64,000 nt of DNA from Mobula hypostoma (taxonomy: Eukaryota): NCBI RefSeq assembly GCF_963921235.1, contig NC_086097.1, positions 2,542,001 to 2,606,000 on the forward strand, written 5' to 3'. The translations under genes were made by a program, and so were the position numbers. The first letter of the stretch is position 1; each line of letters opens with the position of its first letter. The notes under the pieces were generated by a model. It saw only the letters and a program-made list of their open reading frames with translations. It searched no databases and was not told the DNA's origin. Shown here in pieces: positions 11,508-23,154 of this stretch.

Positions 11508-13920
11508 GACCCACCATCACTTCTGACCTTCCCCTCTCTGAGGCAGAACGCTCTGTTCTCAGTAAGGGCCTCACCTTTGTCCCCCTGCGCTAGCCCCTCA
11601 GTAGGTTCTGCGCCCGCCACAACGCTGAGCTCTTCTTTCGCCGCTTCAGTTTCCGAGCCTACTTCTTCGGCGAGGACTCCCCACCCCGCCGATGACTCCT
11701 TCTCCTGTCTTCAGCCCTCCTCCTCTTCCTGGACACACGGCCCTGGTGTTCTGCTTGCCCTGGAACTTTTCATTGCCAACTGCCGATAGGACATTAACTG
11801 TCCAGACTTCAACACTCCTCTCTCCTATTCCAATCTCACTCCTTCCGAACGCTCGGCTCTCCACTCCCTCCGCACCAATCCTAACCTCGCCATCAAATCC
11901 GCAGACAAGGGAGGTGCTGAGGCAGTCTGGTGTCCTGACCTCTACTTTGATGAGGCCCAGCGCCAACTCTCAGACACCTCCTCTTACCCACTCCTCGAAC
12001 AGGGCCCCACTAAGGAGCACCAGGCCATTGTCTCCCACATCATCGCCAACCGTATTGACTCTGGGGATCTCCCATCCACTGCCACCAAACCTCAGTTCCC
12101 ACACCCCGCACTTCCCGTTTCTACCTCTTACCCAAGATCGACAAACCCGCTTGTCCAGGTAGACCCATTATTTCAGCTTGTTCCAGCCCCACTGAACGCA
12201 TATCGGCATACCCTGACTGTGTCTCCCCCCCCCCCCACCCCCCGGTCAGCCACTTCTTACCTACGTCCGTGACACTTCACACACTCTGGATCTTTTCAAG
12301 GATTTCAAGTTCCTGATCCCCATCATCTCATTTTCACTATGGATGTCCGGTCCCTGTACACCTCCATCCCCCACCAGGAAGGTCTCAAAGCTCTGTTTTT
12401 GTCTGGACACCAGACCTGACCAGTTACCCTCTACCACCACTCTCCTCCGCCTAGCGGAACTTGTCCACACGCTAAATAATTTCTCCTTTGGCTTCTCCCA
12501 CTTCCTTCAAAAAAAAAGGGGTAGCCATTGGAGCCACATGGGTCCCAGCTATGTCTGCCCGTTTGTCGGCTACATGGAACAGTCTATGCTCCAAGCCTAC
12601 ACAGGTGACCGTCCCGCACTTTTCCTGCGCTACATCGACGACTGTATTGGCGCTGCTTCTTGTGCCCGTGCTGAATTTGTCAATTTTATCCACTTTGCCT
12701 CCAACTTCCACCCTGCCCTTAAATTCACCTGGGACATTTCCGACACCTCCCTTCCCTTTCTCGATCTCACTGTCTCTATCTCCGGAGACAGCTTATCCAC
12801 CGATGTCTGTTATAAACCCACGGACTCTCACAGCTACCTAAACTACACCTCGTCCCACCCTACTACTTGTAAAAACGCCATCCCCTGCTCTCAATTCCTC
12901 CGTCTCCGCCGCAGCTGCTCTCGGAATGAGGGGTTTTCATCCTAGAACGAAAGGGACTCCACCATCAATGCCGCCCTCAACCGCATCTCTTCCACTTCAC
13001 GCACGTCTGCTCTTACCCCATCCTCTCGCCACCCTACCAGGGATAGGGTTCCTCCTATCCTCACCTACCACCCTACCAGCCTCCGCGTCTAGCACATAAT
13101 TCTCCGAGAGTTCCTCCACCTCCATTGGGATCCCACCACCAAGCACATCTCCTCCCCCCCCCCCCACTTTCTGCTTTCCGCAGGGATCGCTCCCTACGCG
13201 ACCCCCTTGAATATTCATCCCTCCCCACCGATCTCCCTCCTGGCACTTATCCTTGCAAACGGAACAAGTGCTACACCTTCTCCTTCACTGGCATTCAGGG
13301 CTCAAACAGTCCTTCTTGGTGAGGCGACACTTCACCTGTGAGTCTGTTGGGGTCAGATACTGTGTCCGGTGTGGCTTCCTGTATATCGCTGAGACCTTCG
13401 CCGACCATCTACACTCCGTCCGCCAGAACAAGCGGGTTCTCCCAGTGGCCACCAATTTTAATTCCACTTCCCATTCCGATATGTCCACCCATGTCCTCCT
13501 CCACTGTCGGGATAAGGCCATACTTGGATTGGAGGAACAATATCTTATATTCCCTTTGGGTTGCCTACGACCTGCTGCATGAACACAGATTTCTCAAACT
13601 TCCGGTAATTCCCCAACACCCCCCCCCCGCTCCATTTCCCATCCCCCTTTCCCTCTCTCACCTCATCTCACCAATCAACTTCCCAGCTCTCTGGTCCATC
13701 CCTCCCTCTCCAGGTCTCACCCATTACCAGCTGGTTCTCTCTCCCCTCCTCTCATCTTTTAAATCTTCTACATAGTCTTTTCCCCAGTCCTGCCGCAGGG
13801 TCTCGGCTCCAAACATCGACTGTACTCTTGTCCATAGATGCTGCCTGGCCTGCTGAGTTCCTCCAGCATTTTGTGTGTGTTGCTCAGATTTCCAGTACCT
13901 GCAGATTTTCTCTTATTTGT
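11508..13920 (+). mobile_element. Penelope-like element, near full length, degenerate (RT + GIY-YIG + pLTR)
   Basis: N-terminal LSEAERSVLSKGLTFVP; RT RYIDD and YKPTDSHSYL; GIY-YIG remnant at 13330-13560; degenerate hammerhead at about 13786-13821. Confidence 0.88.
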
Positions 13921-15629
13921 TCCCCTGTACAAACTTCTGTCACCTGCCCCATCTCATTCCCTGAACGCAGATCCGGTATCACACGCTCTCTCATCGGGGC
14001 TTCTATGTACCGATAAAGGAGACTTTCCTGAACACATTCGACAAACTCTGTCCTCTCTGGTCCTTGGGGTTCTCAGTCAGTACTGTAGGCGGAAAGTTAA
14101 AATCACCTATGATAACAAACTTACTGTATGCTTCTTGCAACTGTCTGCGAACTTTACAAATTTGTTCCTCTAAATCCCTCGGAATGTTGGGTTTGTAATA
14201 TAGCTCCATTAATCTGGCCTTTCTCAATTTAGAATCTCAACCCGCGGACCAGATCATATTTCTCAGTTCCATTCATAACGCTTCACTAGTTGAGTTCCAG
14301 TCTGCCCGACGGATCACTGCCGTAACGTTTTCCCTGACTAGTAACGCCACCCCTCCCGCTGTCAAAACCCCGGAATATTGAGCTGCCAATCCTGCCCCTC
14401 CTGCAACCGTCTCACTAATGGTTACAATATAATTCCAGGTGTCGATCCATGCCCCGAGCCGATTCACCTTTCCAACCATAACTTCTTGCATTAAAATTTA
14501 TGCAAGCTCACGACACTAGTCGCACCATGCGCAACCTATCTGTCTCCACCAACTGTTCCGGCACTCTGGTTCCCATTCCCCTGCAACTCTAGTATAAACC
14601 CCACCATGCAGCATTAACAAACCTTCCCACTGGGATATTAGTCCCCCTCCAATTGAGGTGCAAACTATCCCTTCTGTACAAGTCCCACTTTCCCTGGAAG
14701 AGCCCAATGATCCAAAAATCTTATGCCCTCCCTCCTACACCAACTCCTTAGCCACATGTTAAACGGCATCGTCTTCCTAGTTCTAACGTTATTAGCATGT
14801 GGCATGGGTAGCAATCCTGAGATCACAACCCTGGAAGTCCTGCCCTTTAATTTAGACCCCAACTCCATGAGTTCCCTATGCAGAACCTCATCACTCATCC
14901 CACCCACATCATTGGTACTTACACGGACCATGACTTCTAGCCGTTTACGCTCCCACTTAAGAACATTGAGGACTCAATCCCGAACCCTGGCAGCAACATA
15001 CCATCTGGGAATCCCATTCTTACCCATAGAACCTCCTGTCCGTTTCCCTAATGAGTCCCCTTTCACCACAGTGTGCCTCTTTTTCCCCCCGGGATGGCCA
15101 AAGGGCACTCTGCACTGGCTCCTTAACCCCTTTCCCCTTCCTGACTGTCACCCAGTTTCCTGTGCCCTGCACATGGGGTATAGTAACCTCTCAGAATATC
15201 CTATCCATCACCCCCTCAGCCTCCCTAATGATCCGAAGTTCATCCAGTTCCAGCTCCAACTCCTTCATGTGGCTTGTTAGAAGCTGCAGCTGGATGTACT
15301 TCTTGCAGTTGTAGTCGTCAGGGACAATGAAGGTCTCCCTGCCATCCCACAAGAAAAGCATTCAACTATCCTGCCTGGCATCTCTACTGTCCTGACTGAG
15401 CAGAGATAAAGAAGGGAAGGAAAAAAAAAACTTTACCTAGAGCGTTTCTCATTCCTTTGCTTTCTCTGACTGAAGCCTCGAAGCCCTAAAGCCTGAGGAT
15501 CAGCACTCTGACTCGGGATGCTGGAAGAAGCAGAGAGTATTTCCATGCAGGGGAAAGCAGGCGACTCAGTAAGGATTTAGCAAGGATCTTCCCAGCAATG
15601 CAAAGGAAGATAATGCAAATGATAAGATT

Positions 15630-15875
15630 AGGGGCACGGTGTTAGCGTAGCACTGTAACAGCTCAGGGTATCAAAGTTCAGAGTTCAATTTTTGCATCCT
15701 CTGTCAGAAGGTTTTTATGTTTTCCCCATGTGCCTGAGGATTTCCTCCTACAGTACAAAGAGGTACTAGTTACTAGGTTAACTGGTCGTTGTAAATTGTC
15801 CAGTGATTAGGCCAGGGTTCAATCGGTGGGTTGTTGGGTAGTGTGGCTCAGTATCTCTAAATAATATAAAATAAA
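15630..15875 (+). mobile_element. V-SINE (HE1-like), degenerate
   Basis: tRNA-like head plus ggttaactggtcgttgtaaattgtcc body. Confidence 0.55.
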
Positions 15876-16224
15876 AAATGCTAACACAGATTAGCCAGCA
15901 TTTCTGTAATAAACCAGAAACACAAACACAGCACATTTGCCACTGAGCTTTACGTACTGCATCTGGCATGTGATCAGCATCCGATGTTTTACTGTTTATT
16001 TTGGTTTGATTGCAGTTTGGAGTTTCTCAGATTTCAGTGTGGACTTCCCAGACTGAATATTGAGAACAGGAAGCATTCATCTTCCAGGGAACTGTCTGAG
16101 GTACCAACCTAGCTCTGCTTCACCTGCTTTTGCTCCGTCAGACTGGCCTTGTCTGGTATTTCACCTGAACTGCCATGCTGGGGTGGCACAATAGCGTAGT
16201 CTGTTGTCCCTGTATGATCTCCTA

Positions 16225-16700
16225 TGCAATGGCATCAACTCGGCTGGCTCTGTTATAGGAGTCAAACTGGACACACTGGAGGCTGTGGTAGAACAGAGGA
16301 CCCTCCGGAAAATCCTGGACAATGTCTCTCACCCTCTACATGCCATCTTGGCTGACAGTGGAGCAGTTTCAGTGATAGACTAACACATCTGCACCACTCC
16401 AAAGTGCACTATACGAGGTCATTTTTACCCTCAGCCACTAAGCCCTATAATGAGTCAGCCTACAGCTGGGGAGTGATCTTGTAATCCGAGTTGTAAATCT
16501 TGTACATCTCATTTTTCTAAGGTAACTTTTTAAAAATTTAACTTCTAATATTTTTTAATATTTTAAATATATTTAATATTTTTCTCAAATATTTTAATTT
16601 AATATTTTTCAAATATTAACTTCCAATATTTATATATCTGTGCACTTGTAATGCTACTGTGACACTAATTTCCTTTGGGAACAATAAAGTATCCATCTAT
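16225..16700 (+). mobile_element. Rex1/Babar-like LINE 3' fragment
   Basis: Similar to 7031-7461 (atcctggacaatgtctctcaccctctacatg); caataaagtat tail. Confidence 0.6.
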
Positions 16701-17105
16701 CTCATAGTTAGTGCAATGCTTTACAGTACCAGTGACCCGGGTTCAGTTCCCACTGCAGTCTGTAAGGAGTTGGGACATTCTCCCTGTGACCGTCTGGGTT
16801 TCCGCTATCTGTAAGGAGTTAGGACATTCTCCCTGTGACCGTCTGGGTTTCCGCTATCTGTAAGGAGTTGGGACATTCTCCCTGTGACTGTCTGGGTTTC
16901 CGCTGTCTGTAAGGAGTTAGGACATTCTCCCTGTGACCGTCTGGGTTTCCACCGGATGCTTTGGTTTCCTGCCACAGTCCAAAGATGTACCGGTTAGTGG
17001 GTTGATTGGTCATTGTAAACTGTCCTGTGATTAGGCTAGTCGGTTGCTGGGTGGTGCAGTTTGAAGGGCTGGAAGGTCCTACTTCATGCTGTATTTCAAT
17101 AAATA
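16701..17105 (+). mobile_element. V-SINE (HE1-like) with internal 49-bp tandem repeat
   Basis: Box-B-like ggttcagttcc; V-domain gggtttccaccggatgctttggtttcctgccaca; A-rich tail. Confidence 0.7.
16759..16950. repeat. 49-bp tandem repeat x4
   Basis: tctgtaaggagtt begins at 16759, 16808, 16857 and 16906. Confidence 0.95.
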
Positions 17106-18438
17106 AATTGTCTTTAACGATTATTTCTCATCTGTATTGACAGGGGAGGCAAGAGAAAAGAACAGGTGATGTCCTAAAACTTACCAACATTATAAAAAAG
17201 AGGTACTGGTAGCCTGGAGACACAAGGGCCTGAGCATGTGAGAACCCTTGACATGTGAGAAGCAAGGGAGGAAAATCCTGGCAGACTGGCGGAGATTTTT
17301 GTATCTTCCTTTGCCATGAGTGAGGTGCTGGAAGAGTGGCGAGTAGCTCATGCTGTGCCTTTATTTAAGAACAGAAATGAGAGCAGGTCAGGGTGGGAAA
17401 GCTACTGAGAAATGGGATCCATCTGCAAGAACAATCAGCATGGCCTTCTTGTGTCTCATCAATTCAACTGTGTGTATCAAAGAGGTGACCAAGGACATTG
17501 AGAAGGTCTGCACAAAAGATGGACTTTTGCAAGACACCGGACAAGGTCCTGGCCTGAAAGGTTAGAGCACATGCGATCCCGGATGAGCTGGTGAAACGAT
17601 ACAACACTGGCTTGGTGGAAGGAGGCAGACTGACTGGTTTTCAGATAGGAGGCCTGTGACCACTGGTGCAAAGCAGGCTCAGTGCGAGGTCCCCTCTTAA
17701 ATAGGAGCTGATGGCACAGTGGACAGTGAAGAACATTGTCCAAGATTACTGGCGAAAGAGGGCCAAAGAATGAGAGAGGGAATTTTATTTAAAATTCAGC
17801 AAGAGATACAGCAGAGTAACAGGAACTTCCAGCGCAATTACACCCGTGTGACCAATTAACTTACCAATACGAACACCTTTGGAATGTGGGAGGAAACCAG
17901 AGCATTCGGAGAAAACCCACACAATCACGTGGAGAAGCTACAAACTCCTTACAGACACTGCCAGGAATTGAACCGTGGTCACTGGCAATGTAATAACACT
18001 ACACCAGTGGGCCACTCTTGAAAATACACAACTCAGTATACTTTAATTGATGCACTTTGGGGAGTTAAAGCAAAGCAGGACATAATAATAATGAACGCTA
18101 GGGCCCTTGAGGGTGCTGAGTTCCTTCAATGTTTCGTGTGTGTTCCATTACTGTCTTATGCACCTAAACAGACAAAATAAACAGTAAGAGATAGAACAAA
18201 AGCAAGTCCATCATTGAACTTCAGGATCCCCATGACCCAGGACATGTCCTCCTCTCATTGCTACCAGCAAAAAAAAGTTCAAAGTACGTATACTTTACAC
18301 AATCTTGAGATTTGTCTTCTTACAGGCAGCTACAAAACAAAGCAACCCAATAGAATTCATTAAATAGACCATCAAACACCCAATGTGCAGAAAAAAAATA
18401 AACGCAAACAATAAAAGTAAGCAAATAAGCATTTGGAA

Positions 18439-18554
18439 ACAACAGGAATTCTGCAGATGCTGGAAATTCAAGCAACACACATCAAAGTTGCTGGTGAACG
18501 CAGCAAGCCAGGAAGCATCTCTAGGAAGAGGTACAGTCGACGTTTTAGGCCGAG
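18439..18554 (-). mobile_element. Penelope-like pLTR terminal fragment (truncated within hammerhead)
   Basis: Near-identical to 4708-4823; 11-bp TSD agcatttggaa at 18428-18438 and 18555-18565. Confidence 0.85.
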
Positions 18555-18993
18555 AGCATTTGGAACTGAAGTTCATGAAAGTGAGTCCACAGAAGGCCGT
18601 TACTTGCAGGCCACAGCCTCAGTTCAGTGCGGAGATCAGTAAACCTCATGGCCCTGGCCCAGGGTCATTTCTCACTCTCAGAGGAGGAACAGGAACCTGA
18701 AGACACACACTCAAAGTTTCAGGACAGCTTCTTCCCATCTGCCATCAGATTTCTGAATGGACAATACACCCGTGAGGATTAACTCAGCTTCCCCCCCCCA
18801 CTCTTTTTTGCACTACTTATTTAGCTTAATTCTTTTTTCCCCCGATTATATACTATTTGTAATTTAGTTTTTATGAATTGCACTGAACTGTTGTCATAAA
18901 ACAAATTTTATGACATAATCAGGAATAATAAACCTGATTCTGAATTTAAGTAAACAATAAAAAAAAGTTAACAAGTACAAAGTTTTCAACAAA

Positions 18994-18999
18994 TTTAAT
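18994..18999 (-). terminator. Candidate GON7 polyadenylation signal (ATTAAA)
   Basis: ATTAAA on minus strand about 120 nt after the stop codon, followed by a U/GU-rich tract. Confidence 0.5.
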
Positions 19000-19117
19000 A
19001 AAAAAGTCCTTCAGTTTGCAGGAGTTGTTGAGCAGTCTAAACTGATTAGAATAGTGACAGCTTGAAGGAGGAGTCAGATCGTCAGGCACAAACCGGAGTG
19101 AATCATCATGCACAACA

Positions 19118-19197
19118 TTACGATTGCATCCTAGTCCTTTTAGTGGGAGGTGCATCACCATTTCCTTCGTCCTCATCTTCATCATCATCTTCTTCAT
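19118..19197 (-). CDS. GON7: GON7 (KEOPS complex subunit, C14orf142) coding exon 2
   Basis: Acceptor ttttcttgaatcag; phase 1 matches exon 1; (D)EEDDDEDEDEGNGDAPPTKRTRMQS* resembles the acidic plus P-x-K-R tail of vertebrate GON7. Confidence 0.88.
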
Positions 19198-19279
19198 CTG
19201 ATTCAAGAAAAGAATGCTCAGTTCATGGCAAAAAATAATTATCATTGTACATCAAGAAATGGGTACAAGTACTGAGAAA

Positions 19280-19430
19280 GAAAAATAGAATACTGGAAAT
19301 CCAGAGCAACACGCAAAATGCTGGAGGAACTCAGCAGATCAGGCAGCATCTATGGAAATGAATAAATAGTTGTCGTTTCAGGCTGAGACCTTTCATCAGG
19401 ACTGGAAAGGGAAGGGGGAAGATGCTAGAA
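19280..19430 (-). mobile_element. Older Penelope-like pLTR fragment with mutated hammerhead
   Basis: Minus strand reads agtcCTGATGAaaggtctcagcctGAAAcgAc, then gatgctgcctgatctgctgagttcctccagcattttg. Confidence 0.75.
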
Positions 19431-19834
19431 TAAGATAGTCCACTCTCCTCTCCTATCAGGTTCCTTCTTCTGCAACCCTTTACCTTTTCCACCAATCACC
19501 TTCCAGCTTCTTTCTCCACCCCCATCCCCCTATCAACTTCTAGTTTGTCCTTCCCCTCCCCTCACCCCCTCCTTTCCACCATTTCTGTGCGTTCCTCTGG
19601 GCACATCTCACAGAGGAGTACGAGGGGGATGCAAACAGAATCACATTCAGGTTTATTATCAGCAGCATGTGACATGAAATTTCCATCCAGATGGCAAGCA
19701 TAAACTCAAACGACCTCATTCTATAAAGCAGAACGTGAGGAGATATTAGGCAGATGATCAAAAGGGGGATTAAGGTGGAGATGTTCTGGAAGCGCTTCAA
19801 GTCTGGGAAGTTGCCGACAATAAACTCATTAACT

Positions 19835-20575
19835 TCTACATACACCCCACGCTGTCAGAGCAGTGCTGCCAGGATAATCAAGGACACGACCCACCCAGCC
19901 AACACACTTTTCGTCCCTCTTCCCTCCGGGCAAAGGCTCAGGAGCTTGAAGACTCGTACAGCCAGATTTGGGAACAGCTTCTTTCCAACAGTGATAACAC
20001 TGCTGAATGGATCCTGATCCGGATCTGGGCCGCACCCTCCAAATATCCGGACCTGACTCTCAGTTTTTTAGCACTACCTTACTTCCAATTTTTCTATTTA
20101 TGATATATAATTTAATTTTTAAATATTTACTAATTTTAACTATTTTTAATATCTTTAATATTTAATATTTGTAATCCAGGGAGTGGGAAGCGCAGAATCA
20201 AATATCGCCGTGATGATTGTACGTTCTAGTACCAACTGTCTGGCGACAATAAAGTATAATGTTGGAACTAGGAGCCACTGTGCAGAATCAGGAAAAGCTG
20301 CAGAAAGTTGTCATCTCAGCTAGCTCCGTAATGGGCACTGGCCTCTCCAGATCACGGACACCTTCAAAAAGTGATGCCTAAAAAAGGTGGTATCAGTCTT
20401 TAAGGACCCCATCACCCAGGCCATGCCCTCTTCTCATTGCTACCACTGAGGAGGTACAGCAGCCTGAAGATGCACACTCAATGTTTTAGGAACAGCTTCT
20501 TCCCCACCACCACCAGATTTCTAAATTTGCTGCAAGACAAATTTCACAACATATGCCAGTGATATTAAACCTGAT
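19835..20575 (+). mobile_element. Two Rex1/Babar-like LINE 3' fragments
   Basis: AARIIKDTTHPANTLFVPLPSGQRLRSLKTRTARFGNSFFP; second related copy at about 20270-20575. Confidence 0.7.
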
Positions 20576-20744
20576 TTGGAATCTCAGCTCAGGACACTTA
20601 GTGCTGTTGAAAAACCGGAGGTTCAGCCCCCCACCCCCCCGTCTTCATTTCCTTTACGGTATCAATCCAGGAAAAGAAGCTGACATATCCTAAAGTATTC
20701 GGAGATAAATCACTGTTGCTAAATCCCAAAGCTGATCAATGCAC

Positions 20745-22729
20745 ACCCCGCACTTCCCGTTTCTACCTCCTACCCAAGATCCACAAACCTGCCTGTCCTG
20801 GCCGACCTATTGTCTCAGCTTGCTCCTGCCCCACCGAACTCGTTTCTGCATACCTCGACACTGCTTTATCAACCCTTGTTCAATCCCTTCCGACCTATGT
20901 TCGTGACAATTCTCACGCTCTTAAACTTTTTGATGATTTTAAGTTTCCTGGCCCCCACCGCTTTATTTTCACCATGGATGTCCAGTCCTTATATACTTCC
21001 ATCCCCCATCAGGAAGGTCTCAAAGCTCTACGCTTCTTTTTGGATTCCAGACCTAATCAGTTCCCCTCTACCACCACTCTGCTCCATCTAGCGGAATTAG
21101 TCCTTACTCTTAATAATTTCTCCTTTGGCTCCTCCCATTTCCTCCAAACTAAAGGTGTAGCTATGGGCACCCATATGGGTCCTAGCTATGCCTGCCTTTT
21201 TGTTGGGTTTGTGGAACAATCTATGTTTCATGCCTATTCTGGTATCTGTCCCCCACTTTTCCTTCGCTACATCGACGACTGCATTGGCGCTGCTTCCTGC
21301 ACGCATGCAGAACTCGTTGACTTTATTAACTTTGCCTCCAACTTTCACCCTGCCCTCAAGTTTACCTGGTCCATTTCCGACACCTCCCTCCCCTTTCTAG
21401 ATCTTTCTGTCTCTGTCTCTGGAGACAGCTTATCTACTGATGTCTACTATAAGCCTACTGACTCTCACAGCTATCTGGACTATTCCTCTTCTCACCCTGT
21501 CTCTTGCAAAAACGCCATCCCCTTCTCGCAATTCCTCCGTCTCCGCCGCATCTGCTCTCAGGATGAGGCTTTTCATTCTAGGACGAAGGAGATGTCTTCC
21601 TTTTTTAAAGAAAGGGGCTTCCCTTCCTCCACTATCAACTCTGCTCTTAAACGTATCTCCCCCATTTCACGTACATCTGCTCTCACTCCATCCTCCCACC
21701 ACCCCACTAGGAATAGGGTTCCCCTGGTCCTCACCTACCACCCCACCAGCCTCCGGGTCCAACATATTATTCTCCGTAACTTCCGCCACCTCCAACGGGA
21801 TCCCACCACTAAGCACATCTTTCCCTCCCCCCCCCTCTGCTTTCCGCAGGGATCGCTCCCTACACAACTCCCTTCTCCATTCGTCCCCCCCATCCCTCCC
21901 CGCTGATCTCCCTCCTGGCACTTATCCGTGTAAGCGGAACAAGTGCTACACATGCCCTTACACTTCCTCCCTTACCACCATTCAGGGCCCCAAACAGTCC
22001 TTCCAGGTGAGGCATCACTTCACCTGTGAGTCGACTGGGGTGATATACTGCGTCCGGTGCTCCCAATGTGGCCTTTTATATATTGGTGAGACCCGACGCA
22101 GACTGGGAGACCGCTTTGCTGAACATCTACGCTCTGTCCGCCAGAGAAAGCAGGATCTCCCAGTGGCCACACATTTTAATTCCACATCCCATTCCCATTC
22201 TGACATGTCTGTCCACGGCCTCCTCTACTGTGGAGATGAAGCCACACTCAGGTTGGAGGAACAACACCTTATATTCCGTCTGGGTAGCCTCCAACCTGAT
22301 GGCATGAACATCGACTTCTCTAACTTCCGCTAAGGCCCCACCTCCCCCTCGTACCCCATCTGTTACTCATTTTTATGCACACATTCTTTCTCTCACTCTC
22401 CTTTTTCTCCCTCTGTCCCTCTGAATATACCTCTTGCCCATCCTCTGGGTCACCCACCCCCCCGTCTTTCTTCCCGGACCTCCTGTCCCATGATCCTCTC
22501 GTATCCCCTTTTGTCTATCACCTGTCCAGCTCTTGGCTCTATCCCTCCCCCTCCTGTCTTCTCCTATCATTTTGGATCTCCCCCTCCCCCTCCTACTTTC
22601 AAATCCCTTACTCACTCTTCCTTCAGTTAGTCCTGACGAAGGGTCTCGGCCTGAAACGTCAACTGCACCTCTTCCTATAGATGCTGCTTGGCCTGCTGCG
22701 TTCACCAGCAACTTTGATGTATGTTGTTC
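20745..22729 (+). mobile_element. Young 5'-truncated Penelope-like element (RT + GIY-YIG endonuclease + pLTR)
   Basis: [39 protein letters not shown]...GVIYCVRCSQCGLLYIGETRRRLGDRFAEH; 8-bp TSD caatgcac at 20737-20744 and 22730-22737. Confidence 0.93.
22629..22664 (+). ncRNA. Minimal hammerhead ribozyme motif in PLE pLTR
   Basis: AGTC-CTGACGA-AGGGTCTCGGCCT-GAAA-CGTC-AACT; core intact, one stem I mismatch. Confidence 0.7.
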
Positions 22730-22805
22730 CAATGCACTTACACACCATTTACACTAGATGGCATTTTGCACAAAGCTTCACATTGCAAGCCAAGAATGTT
22801 ATACT

Positions 22806-22871
22806 GACAAATGAACCCTCACTTTGCTATTATTCAGTATAACATAATAGCAAAGTGAGGGTTCATTTGTC
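22806..22871. repeat. Perfect inverted repeat, 28-bp arms with 10-nt spacer
   Basis: gacaaatgaaccctcactttgctattat (22806-22833) / ataatagcaaagtgagggttcatttgtc (22844-22871). Confidence 0.95.
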
Positions 22872-22996
22872 CACTCCTCTTCCTATAATATACAGACATC
22901 GTATATCATTATGTTCAAATTTACTGTCATCCAACTACAAATATACAACCAAATGAAACAGTGTTCCTCCAGACCACAGTACACTCACACTACATA

Positions 22997-23130
22997 TGAT
23001 GGCATGCAAAAGTTTGGGCACCCCAGTCAAAATTTCTGTTACTGTGAATAGCTCTCCATCTTTTACGCGCTTAGCTATTCGCAATAACAGAAATTTTGAC
23101 CAGGGGTGCCTAAACTTTTGCATACCACTG
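22997..23130. mobile_element. Tc1-derived MITE (134 bp)
   Basis: Imperfect ~60-bp TIRs matching the Tc1 end at 57788; TA on both sides. Confidence 0.85.
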
Positions 23131-23154
23131 TACATCACAAAGCACATAAAACAA

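Larger units (their letters stand above)
8986..15480 (-). mobile_element. Long degenerate CR1-type LINE (ORF1 esterase-like + ORF2), host to nested insertions
   Basis: RT motifs at 9326-9580; endonuclease GDFNFP near 14100; ORF1 GTND/SGLLP/WLRSWC-like motifs at 14665-14931; CR1 sequence resumes across the PLE at 11505/13920. Confidence 0.8.

Noticed and set aside
18946..19245. 99-aa ORF containing MKKMMMKMR
   Set aside because: Wrong-frame reading of the acidic GON7 exon 2
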